DNA from: Nitrospirota bacterium
GTDB lineage: Bacteria > Nitrospirota > UBA9217
Direction: 5' to 3'
Assembly (NCBI GenBank): GCA_963845065.1
Contig: CAWJQQ010000009.1
Span: 704,001-768,000, forward strand
DNA length: 64,000 bases
Below are positions 29,652 to 38,602 of the stretch, piece after piece; position 1 is the stretch's first letter, and every line of letters begins with the position of its first letter. Under the pieces are notes generated by a model, which was given only the letters and a program-made list of their open reading frames with translations, was not told the origin of the DNA and did not search any database. The position numbers and the translations under genes were made by a program.

Positions 29652-30509
29652 ATGCTAAAGACTTTGAAGATCCTGTTGATGATGGTCCTGGTGCTATATG
29701 CGGGCTTGTGCATGGCCGATGGGGAAAAGTCAGATTCACGGTCGGTCCAGAAGCTGATGGTCAAATCAGGTATCAACAAACAGCTTGAACAGATCGCCCC
29801 GCTGGTACAGACCGGCATGACCCAGCAAAATCAAGAATCCAAAACGCTGTCGCCGGAAGAGTTGAGTAAACTGCGCAGCATGGCGGCCAGGGCATTTGAC
29901 GCAATGGCACTGAAGGATACGGTTCAAAAGCACATTCAGGCAAACTTATCCGAGGCTGATATCCAGGTCGTTCTTGCCTGGTTGCGTTCACCGCTGGGCG
30001 AGAAGATCACGAAGCTTGAAGAGGATGCATCAACGCCTGCCGCGTACGCGGCTATGAAGAAAATGGGCAACAAGCTGTCAGCGAACGCCGGTCGTGTCGA
30101 ACTTGTCAAGAGGCTGGACATGGCAGTGAAAGCAACGGAAATCGGGGTCGCTGTGGCGCTAAATACCCAGGCGGCATTGATCGCTGCGTTGACAAGCGGG
30201 CGTAATCAGGAGAAGCGGCCGACCATGGAAAATATCGAGAAAGAGATAATCAAGAACAAGGGGCAGATCCAAACCGTTATTGAACAGGCGACCCATTTGT
30301 CCCTCCTCTATGCATACAGGAGTCTCTCTGACGCCGAGATTACTAAGTACATTGACTTTGCAATGTCGGCTTCGGGCAAAAAGTATCATTCCGTTACGGC
30401 CGAAGGAGTTACCATCGCGATGACGGATTCCGCTCAAGTCTTGGGGAGCCTCATCATGCAAAATGCTAGTAAAAAGGCACCAGGTACGGCCAGGAAACAA
30501 AATATATAG
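29652..30509 (+). CDS. Exported DUF2059-like protein
   Basis: Signal peptide; two repeats of the LSxxx(I)xxxxx(W/F)xxSxxGxK pattern; RBS GAGGAGG. Confidence 0.7.
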   Translation: MLKTLKILLMMVLVLYAGLCMADGEKSDSRSVQKLMVKSGINKQLEQIAPLVQTGMTQQNQESKTLSPEELSKLRSMAARAFDAMALKDTVQKHIQANLSEADIQVVLAWLRSPLGEKITKLEEDASTPAAYAAMKKMGNKLSANAGRVELVKRLDMAVKATEIGVAVALNTQAALIAALTSGRNQEKRPTMENIEKEIIKNKGQIQTVIEQATHLSLLYAYRSLSDAEITKYIDFAMSASGKKYHSVTAEGVTIAMTDSAQVLGSLIMQNASKKAPGTARKQNI

Positions 30510-30605
30510 CAAAGAATTTAGATCCATTATTATGTATGCGACACAAATGCCTTGCTAGACTTGTTGCGCTTCTGTCAGCTAGAACAAGTATATCCATTTG
30601 ATGTT

Positions 30606-30891
30606 GAACTCCTGTCCGCGCATGAATTTACTGAAAACGTCGACTTCAACGCTTCCCTCGTTATCAAGAAAAAAGGGATCAGGATGCAGTTGGCCGGCGA
30701 ACTCTCGGTAAAACAAAAAAAGCGTAGTATGCGATTAAAGAAAAAGGAACAACTAGGTCAGGAACTGTCCGAAGACACGTGCGGGGAGATAGAAATAAGC
30801 CGAACTAAGAGCCGTGCTTTCAGTTCGCATCCATCTGTGAACCGTGAACCCCACTACAATTGCTCTTACGGTTTAGTGGCGGGAGAGTTCA
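30606..30891 (+). mobile_element. Internally deleted IS200/IS605 element B (left-end stub fused to tnpB tail and omegaRNA/right end)
   Basis: GAACTCCTGTCCGCGCAT shared with 28905, directly followed by sequence homologous to 29206-29468; ends GAGTTCA. Confidence 0.8.
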
Positions 30892-31129
30892 TTCATCAAA
30901 TTATCCGGATACTAGATGTATATAGCAACTACGTAGCTTGCCTCTAATGTATTCGCGATATCTTTCACTCTTGCAAGGCATTACTGTTTGTCGAATTTAT
31001 CCGACAATCCACATTTGATGGTGTACTAAATATTTTAACCACTCTCGACGAATCCATCAAGCAGTGCCTACACCGCAAGTTTCAATCTCTGGCCTTCACA
31101 ACTTCAACTGTTACTTTAACGACGAATTA

Positions 31130-31657
31130 TTATGCTGCCTTTGCCTTCTTGGCTAAACCGCGGATCATTTTCATTGTCTCCCGCATGAAAGCAGGAAGAT
31201 CTGAAGGTTGGCGCGAAGTTACAAGATTACCATCCACAACCACCTCTTTGTCCTCGTAGATCGCGCCAGCTGCTTTCAACTCATTCGTAACGGTCCGGTA
31301 ACAAGTGGCGTGCCTGCCTTTTAAGAGTCCCGCAGTGATCAGCGTCTGCGGCCCGTGGCAGATGGCAGCGACCGGTTTACCCTTTATGAAGAAATCCTGA
31401 GCGATCTCCACAGCCCTCGGCTCTTTTCGCACCACCTCGGGCGCTTTACCGCCGGGAAGCACCAGAATGTCATAGTCATCTGGTCTGACTTCTGCTAGCG
31501 ACTTGGTCACTTCCACTTCATAACCGTGCTTGCCTTTGATCGGCTCTTTTTTCATGGAAACAACGTCCACCTTGATACCTTCTTCCAGGAGGCGGTAGTA
31601 AGGAACAAGGAGCTCCGTGTCCTCGTACATATCTGCGCTAATAACAAGTGCCTTCAT
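31130..31657 (-). CDS. PfpI/DJ-1 family type 1 glutamine amidotransferase-like protein
   Basis: YEDTEL, LPGG, AAICHGPQ and LVTSRQPSDL motifs. Confidence 0.92.
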   Translation of the reverse strand: MKALVISADMYEDTELLVPYYRLLEEGIKVDVVSMKKEPIKGKHGYEVEVTKSLAEVRPDDYDILVLPGGKAPEVVRKEPRAVEIAQDFFIKGKPVAAICHGPQTLITAGLLKGRHATCYRTVTNELKAAGAIYEDKEVVVDGNLVTSRQPSDLPAFMRETMKMIRGLAKKAKAA

Positions 31658-31855
31658 GGTTCACCCCCTTGTCCGAATTATAGTTGCTGCGTCAGTTTTC
31701 TAATTTTGTGTCATCATGGATATTGCTAATACTATTCATGCCGAAACCAGATAACTGTCGCCCATTCCCAGCCGCAATGTGAGCACCTACAAAATGGAAT
31801 AACCTCTTGGAAATGGCTTCTGTCATTAAGCTCGAATGAAACCACATCATTTGTT

Positions 31856-32059
31856 CTAACAGCATGTTTTGCTTTCCATATCCATCAACGCTTTTTTTAA
31901 CTCAACAAGATCATCGCCGGTGATATTCTTATCGCTGCCGGTTTTCGCACGCTCGCAAAAGGCCCGTGCGGCGACATCGACGGGTGCCGCATCGGCAATG
32001 CATTCGCAAAACGACTCTACTGTATAGCTACTCACGCATTTGAGAGGAAGTGTCTTCAT
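31856..32059 (-). CDS. Small hypothetical Cys-containing protein (67 aa)
   Basis: Strong RBS AAGGAG at suitable spacing and protein-like composition; no family recognised. Confidence 0.55.
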   Translation of the reverse strand: MKTLPLKCVSSYTVESFCECIADAAPVDVAARAFCERAKTGSDKNITGDDLVELKKALMDMESKTCC

Positions 32060-32368
32060 AGGTCAATCTCCTTTTCTATAAGCCCTACTCTACCTCAATT
32101 GTAACAGAATAGAGAAGTCCATGACTCAGATTGTTGCCTAGACATTGTATACTCATGAACGCATTGTTATTCATGATTATTTAAAGTTTTTCCAAGATAT
32201 TACCAGACCTTAGGCTTTGGAAAAATGAGAAAATAAGGATATACGAGGAAGAACTGTTGCTATTACTTAGCAAAATTCCATTAATGTAGTACTCTGAATA
32301 ATTTAGGAGATACTTATTTATCATGCGTTAATTCTGTAAGTCTGATAAGACTATTTTGATATCTCTGC

Positions 32369-32556
32369 TTATAAGTGCTGGACCGGCACGTCTTTCCCAA
32401 TGACCCTCATGAAGGCTGACAGTTCGCGGGCGATGGCGATCACGACTTTGATCTGGCTTTCCCTCAACCCGCTAGTTTCCGGAAGCGTCTGCACAGCCTC
32501 ACCTGAGCTTTCCAGGAGACCTTGCGGATGCTATCGGGCAGGCCCTCCTACCTCCT
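32369..32556 (-). pseudogene. IS110-family transposase C-terminal relic
   Basis: Manual translation R*EGLPDSIRKVSWKAQVRLCRRFRKLAG*GK../KVVIAIARELSAFM matches the WKAQxRL..AIAREL tail; contains stops and a frameshift. Confidence 0.75.
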
Positions 32557-33170
32557 TGGTCGTGGCTCTATGTAATTGAGATAGTCCCCAAATATAACTC
32601 ATGTCGCAAGGAGCAGGTCTTCTTTCTTCAACTGTCAATCATAATGTCTACAAAAAGAAATCAGGACATCAAACCGTTTGGCTAACGAATGAGCTATTCC
32701 AATTCAAGCCTACGAGCAAGACTAGAAGCAAACAAGGCAAACGATTTACGAATATAAGCCGATTTTTGAAACGAAAACACACTATATTGGTGAGCTTTGT
32801 TTCAAGGCGCATTCAGAATACGATTAGCCAGCATCTATAGCCATTGCCTGAGAAACCGATAATAGTTTGCCTCATTCTCCTATGAGATTTTGGACATCGG
32901 GTAATCAGAAGAAGATTTAATCGCTTACAATTCCGCAATATTGAAAGAAAACCTCGATAAAATTGAAAATGGCATGGATCGCGGATTGATTGTTTCGGTA
33001 GTCGCGAGTGACAATAGCAGCCATAACGTTACTCCGGCGCAAAAAACAAATTCTTGTTAAGAATGGATTCCGCCGAAAGTGGTATAAACGACAAATGCAA
33101 ATTGTACTAAAAGTTCTGTCCGCGGGAAGCATAGCAGGAGTGTTAGATGTGTTGCACACTAAATAACGGA

Positions 33171-33206
33171 GGAAACCCATGTGCTTTAGCGGTGGCAGGA
33201 CGTACA
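33171..33206 (+). repeat. Degenerate IS200/IS605 right-end-like motif (family with 38402 and 59710)
   Basis: ggaaacccatgtgcTTTAGCGGTggcaggacgtaca shares the aaaccc..TTTAGCGGT core. Confidence 0.45.
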
Positions 33207-33281
33207 GAGCTTTTAACGTATTTATATTCCGAATTCTTTAATGCCCCTATTTTCTACGTGATCCCATTAAGCGGACGTAAA

Positions 33282-34124
33282 TCAGACCTCATGGTTTTTA
33301 TCCAGAAGCCGCATGAGCCCGATGAAGTCATCATCAGCCCAACCAGCGGACATCCCCCGGTCATAGATTTTTTGAAGATGTTCGGTTAGTTCGAGTGATA
33401 CTACGAGATCGGCGGCAGTTTCCAATGCTAGGCGAAGGTCCTTTGACATATTCTTCAGTGAAAACTGTGGGGTGTAATCGCGCTGACTCAGCTTGGGTTC
33501 CTTAAGATCCGAAACACCTGAATGGGAAGCATTTTGTGCTAGTGCCTTGAAATAAATATTATCCGGGATTCCAGCCGCCCGGCATAAAGTCAGGCTTTCG
33601 CATAAAGTTTGGGCGACACCGGCAATATTCAAGTTCATTGCAAGCTTCAACGAACTGGCGGAACCCAACGGCCCGATATGGAGAATGGCGCTAGATATAG
33701 ATTTGAGTATTGGGCGCGCTTTTTCGACGACTTCCGGTTCGCCACCTAGATAATAAACGGTTTGCCGCTGTTCTGCCGCAAGTTTACTTCCTGTAAAGGG
33801 CGCTTCCAAAAACAATGCACCGGCTCGCTGCACCTGTTCGGCAAAGAGTCGCGTCCATTTGGCAGAAATTGTGCTAGATTGGATTACCAGTATTCCACGG
33901 CCAAGCTTAGGTTGAACCTTATCCAGAATAGACTTTACGGCTGGAGGGTCGGCTACGACGATGAAGATCACCTCCATTCCTTCTATCGCCTCCTGAATGG
34001 ATGCATAAAAGTTGGGAAAAAATTTGGGCGTCCGGTTCCAGCAACGTACCTCATGGCCATCAGAAATCAGATTTTTTGTCCAAGCGCTTCCGATAATGCC
34101 TAATCCTAAGACTGAAATTTTCAT
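33282..34124 (-). CDS. NAD(P)-dependent 3-hydroxyisobutyrate dehydrogenase / 2-hydroxy-3-oxopropionate reductase family
   Basis: GLGIIG, WNRT, EAPFTGS, KLAMN and FSLKNMSKDL motifs. Confidence 0.9.
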   Translation of the reverse strand: MKISVLGLGIIGSAWTKNLISDGHEVRCWNRTPKFFPNFYASIQEAIEGMEVIFIVVADPPAVKSILDKVQPKLGRGILVIQSSTISAKWTRLFAEQVQRAGALFLEAPFTGSKLAAEQRQTVYYLGGEPEVVEKARPILKSISSAILHIGPLGSASSLKLAMNLNIAGVAQTLCESLTLCRAAGIPDNIYFKALAQNASHSGVSDLKEPKLSQRDYTPQFSLKNMSKDLRLALETAADLVVSLELTEHLQKIYDRGMSAGWADDDFIGLMRLLDKNHEV

Positions 34125-34359
34125 ATTTTTTGCCCTTCTTAATTAGAATCGCACGCGGTGTGTGGACGTGCCTAATCGCAAGATTATACGTTTTTGTCTT
34201 ATCTGAGATAAAAGACAATTGTAAATGGCATGCCTTGGTTCTTTTAATAGCCCGCCTAGATAATTCAAATATTTTATGTTATCTGGTGCTCAATAAGCAT
34301 GCCTCGCTACTTTCAGTATTCCAGGTGAATATATGCCTGGTGCATGACCATATCACTGA

Positions 34360-34840
34360 TTTAAAGGCTGCCTGTCAATTGAAAAACTCGCCCCTAACGA
34401 GAAAATATCATTTTGTAGTCGATATCTAATCAGTCATCAACATCCGTACCATTGTCGCAGTTTTATTCAGTTTGGAGATCAGTCGCTACTGTACAGTCAT
34501 CGATCTGAATTAAGGTCACAAGTGATGTGTGGTTCTCAGCGTGACCCTTTCCCCGCAGAGCGGGAGCCAGAAAATCTTCGGCTCCTTGTCGTGCCTATAA
34601 GTAATTATAACAACACTCGTGGTTTTTTACCAGCCTCTAAATGGTTCACGGCAAGGGCAGTAACGATGATGATGACTCTATAGTTTTGAGTGAGCAGTTT
34701 ACCACTTATTGATCGTGGTTCTTCCAACATCGCCTTTGGTTCCTCGCTCCAGCCATGTTGCAATCAGTCATTTCTCATAATAAAATCTTCTCTGGCTGAA
34801 AAAACACATCATCCCGCATGATGTAGTACACTGCCTCGCG
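34360..34840 (-). mobile_element. Probable IS110/IS1111-type 3' remnant: last codons of the transposase plus long structured non-coding end
   Basis: AVYYIMRDDVFFQPEKILL* (stop 34775-34777), followed by two related stem-loops, two further hairpins and an outward TTGACA at 34373-34378. Confidence 0.5.
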
Positions 34841-34845
34841 GTATC

Positions 34846-35538
34846 GTGAATAAACTCACCAATCATTCGGGTAAATCTTATCAGGCAATTAGCGAGTATT
34901 ACAAGCGGGCAGACTGCGAGAACCAGATCGGCGAAGTAATTCGAGAAGGGCTGTCGGTGATTTCCACCTCCACTTTATTCTGCCGCTGGCTATTTTCCGT
35001 AAGCGTCTTGAACAACCGCCATACGTTGTAGGCCAACAAAACAATTTGAAAATATGCGTAGTTGTTCATGAACCTGCGGAGAAAATATCTTCACAGGTTT
35101 GAGCGGCTTGTGGATAGTACTGGCTGAATCGCCGGGCTCAAGTTACTCTTGATCGCAGCGAAGCTAGTTATTACGGGGAACATAACGAAAGTGAGATACT
35201 CAGGGCATGATAGTTGGGTAGCAGGACTCTTCATCTTCACGGAACACCTTGATAGAGTACGCATGCGCGTACGGCCATGGTTCGATAACAGTCAGTGGCA
35301 ATGTAGACATATGGAGGTTTTAAGGCTGCAATCGGCGGAAAATTCTTCGCGATTCAATGATGCAAAAAATTTATTCACTACTCAAGCTGAAAGACACGAA
35401 AGGAATTTTTCAACTTGTTGTGATTTGAGTTAGCGTAGTTGATAATTCAAATCGACGTTATGTCGGAGTGTAAATGACCGCTGGCAATCAGAATTTCTCC
35501 GACGAGCTGGGAAAACTACGTTTTGCTTAAGATTCAGG
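34846..35538 (+). pseudogene. Decayed 3' part of an IS1380 element related to 39928-41729, with an internal inversion
   Basis: TNH..QAISEY.KRADCENQIGEV and IAAKLV..QWQCRHMEV.RLQ.AENSS match 40034-41542; ends AAGATTCAGG like the right IR. Confidence 0.9.
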
Positions 35539-35689
35539 AATTAATTCGAATTTTGAGGAGTTTGTTTATTGGCTCAAGGATGAATTCTTTAAAAAATCTG
35601 ACAACCTTCCTGTTGCTATCCTTGTTGTATCCTGTAAAAGTAAAGCGCATTAGCGTATGCTATAAGTCTTTGAATTGTTGTAATTGACA

Positions 35690-36046
35690 AAACGTCACAG
35701 AGCTCGTCGCAAGATTATTAGAAGTGTCGCACACTCATCCGGACGATTGCCAATCTCAGAAGGTGTTTGTATGTCAGAACTGCGTTTTACGGAAAACGCC
35801 GACTTCAACCATTCCTTCGTTTTCAAAAAAGGGCTTAGGATGCTAGTCGTCGACGAGATATTGGTAACACAAAAGAAGCTTTTCATGAGGTTAAAGAAAA
35901 AGCAGAAGCTAGGGCAGGGACTGACAGAAGTAACGCGCGGGGAGATGGGAGTAAGCCGAATTGGTTATGCTTTCAGAACGTATCCGTCAGTGAAGCGTGA
36001 AACCCCCACTACATTCGCTCTTGTGGTTTAGTGGCGGGAGAATTCA
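35690..36046 (+). mobile_element. IS200/IS605 remnant C: tnpB 3' fragment plus omegaRNA/right end
   Basis: THPDD.QSQKVFVCQNC..ENADFN in broken frames; homologous to elements A and B; ends GAATTCA. Confidence 0.8.
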
Positions 36047-36150
36047 TTAAATTCCTTGATGGCCTTCCGGTCCTAAAAATCTGACGATTCGCCTGCAACG
36101 ATATGAATACCGACCTCTGCCGTTCATACCCTGTTATCGGCCCGGCCTCC

Positions 36151-37230
36151 CTAATAATCTTCCTCGCTAAATGCCGATTCCGGTGGAGTCAGGTTCTGTT
36201 CAAGGAAAATCTTCCTGACCCGCACCTTGAGTTTCTTCTGCTGTTCTTCCGTACAGTGACGAAAAAGCTGCCGGACAAATGCATCGATGGCGGAAACAGG
36301 CTCGGCCTTGATGTCCGTTACGGAGTCGTCCGCGTCAAGGGTGAAGATCGATGGGTAGCTGCCGTCATGATAAAACAGTTTGATTACCCTGCCGGTCACA
36401 TCCGTGCCAGCCACTTCCTGGGCCGCCGTTATCGTATTGTTTATAGCCGTAACAAGGATAGGCATATTATTTTCAAGGGGAAGAATGATGTCCAGACCTA
36501 CGACTAGATCATCCATACGGCGCAAAAACCGATCCATCAAATCACCGCTTACAATTCCACCGTGCTGAGGCGCGATCATGAGAGGCGGCGGATCGAGTTT
36601 CCTGATTCTCCTAACCGCCAGTTTCAGAGCATCGTTGCTCGGCATGTAGAGTTGATGAAAAGCCTTAATCCCCATCCAATTGGCATCATCGGCGTGCAGA
36701 TTCATCGCGGCAATGCCCCCGAAAAGGTCTCCGGTAAAAAGGGTTCTCGACGCGATATCATAGACCATGCAGGCACCGCGGAAGTGGCAGAACGGAGTCG
36801 GCACGAATTGAAGTACATGACCCGTTGGCAATTGGACCCTCAGGTCTTTGAACCGTTCTACGGCTTTGAAGTTCCTGCGTTCGATACCGAAGTACTGTGC
36901 AAGTCTCCACGTGTCCTCGGACATAAGAGTTATGATTTTTGGATTGAGCATTAACCACCGAGGAGTGCTTGCGCCGACATCGGGGTCCTGGTGGTTGATC
37001 GTAATGAGGTTGACGTTCTCTGGCCCTTCTATTACTTTGCACACTTTACTGTAGACAGTATCGAAATCCTCGGGCGGGCCAGGGTCAACAAGCATGCTGT
37101 AGTTATACCCTTTTCCTGCATAAACCCTGAGGTAAACGTTTCTCCGTAAAAAATCTGCTGTCGATGCTCCGACCCAATACACGCCCGGACTGATTTCCAC
37201 CGGGCCGTCGGTCTTAATTGGTCTAGCCAT
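36151..37230 (-). CDS. Oxygen-binding di-iron protein (ODP)-like metallo-beta-lactamase fold protein with C-terminal extension
   Basis: NHQDPDV, PTPFCHFRGA, LFTGDLFG and IAPQHG motifs; G-rich RBS before ATG 37230. Confidence 0.85.
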   Translation of the reverse strand: MARPIKTDGPVEISPGVYWVGASTADFLRRNVYLRVYAGKGYNYSMLVDPGPPEDFDTVYSKVCKVIEGPENVNLITINHQDPDVGASTPRWLMLNPKIITLMSEDTWRLAQYFGIERRNFKAVERFKDLRVQLPTGHVLQFVPTPFCHFRGACMVYDIASRTLFTGDLFGGIAAMNLHADDANWMGIKAFHQLYMPSNDALKLAVRRIRKLDPPPLMIAPQHGGIVSGDLMDRFLRRMDDLVVGLDIILPLENNMPILVTAINNTITAAQEVAGTDVTGRVIKLFYHDGSYPSIFTLDADDSVTDIKAEPVSAIDAFVRQLFRHCTEEQQKKLKVRVRKIFLEQNLTPPESAFSEEDY

Positions 37231-37537
37231 GGCCCCCTCGCGTGCTGATGTGTAATTGAGTGTGTACTGATGGAGCAACTTTTTGTTCACTTACCTTGGC
37301 AACTCAAAGGAAAAGGACTTTCAAGCAAATATATCATGATATCAATTGTACAAGCAGTTATTTTTTGGGCGTCGAAAAAGAGATCGTCTTTCTCACAGTT
37401 TGGGATTGAGTATGTTTTACGACGACTTAAAACCTACGGAAGCGTTGAGGACGCTATCACATTCTGGGTGTAACTCTAGAAGTTTAGAAGAATGGAAACA
37501 ACAACTACTTCAGAATGCAGGTAAGTACTAGATAATA

Positions 37538-37720
37538 TTACGAGCGGTCGTTCTTTTGGCCTTTGCTGCTCTCCCTCGCAGCATAACAGGAGTCGCAATA
37601 AATCCCGGAATCGTCTACATGGCCAGGCTGCCAACGGATAGTGCTGGAGGCTGTCTTCTCGCTCAGCCTCTTGCCACACATGCTGCAATGGGATTTTCTT
37701 GTCGCATTGTTTTGCTTCAT
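37538..37720 (-). CDS. Small putative zinc-finger protein (60 aa)
   Basis: CSMC..CDSC and RBS-like GAGGG upstream. Confidence 0.5.
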   Translation of the reverse strand: MKQNNATRKSHCSMCGKRLSEKTASSTIRWQPGHVDDSGIYCDSCYAARESSKGQKNDRS

Positions 37721-38159
37721 ATAAATACCCTCTGTTCATTGCCGCGTCGGTGTGGGTCCGGTCTTAAGCCGAACAGCTAAATAACCATGCGGCAGAAAGT
37801 GAACAACACGTTAACTTCAAGAAGTGTAGAGTGAGCAAGTAGGATCAATTATTTATACAGCGATAATACTACTGTCCAATGTTATTTGCTACTTAAAATA
37901 TTAGCTCTTGATATATGACAGTCATGTGTAGAATTCAAGGTACTTATATTATAAGTTCCAGCCGTAATATTCTACTTCTGAACAATCCTGTCTTTAATTA
38001 CGTGCATCAAACAAAATCGTAACTTTAAAAAAATTAAAACTAATGACGAATACAGTGAAATATAAAATTCATGTGCCGAGATAGTTATTTAAGTGGTGTG
38101 ACAGGGACTTCGAGTCTTTTAAGGCTCCCCAGGATGAAAACACTAAGCAATGTGAAGAA

Positions 38160-38300
38160 TTTATAAAACCTGTCCTTGAATACCCAGCAGTTCTACTGCT
38201 GGGATGAAAAGGACAATCCTAACGAAGTCAGGATAAGAATCTGATTGGTTTTAGGTTCTAGCGGTTTTGATGCCCCGCAGCTCTGCTGCGGGGTAATTCA
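38160..38300 (+). repeat. 141-bp triple-hairpin MITE, copy 3
   Basis: Same sequence as copies 1 and 2; first hairpin perfect CCCAGCAGT-tct-ACTGCTGGG. Confidence 0.9.
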
Positions 38301-38401
38301 CTTTATACCATACAAACTATAATTATTTCAATCTAAAAATGGCTATAATAAGAATGGAGATAGATAAACACCTGCAGAAGGACTGTATGATTAGGCATCC
38401 T

Positions 38402-38443
38402 GCGCGGGAAATCCCACATACTTTAGCGGTAGAAGTATGTCAA
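38402..38443 (+). repeat. Degenerate solo IS200/IS605 end
   Basis: gcgcgggaaatcccacatacTTTAGCGGTagaagtatgTCAA; similar to 59710-59765. Confidence 0.5.
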
Positions 38444-38602
38444 GGATCGTACGGCATCAGATTGCTTGTTGCCTTGGCTTTCATCTTCTGCTTCTTATTT
38501 TGGGCTTCAGCGCAAAACTGCACGAGTTTACTGATTTTCGATTTGATTTTGTGTCAACTGCGACGATTTCAAGTGTGGTTAAAATAATTCTCAGAACCAT
38601 AA

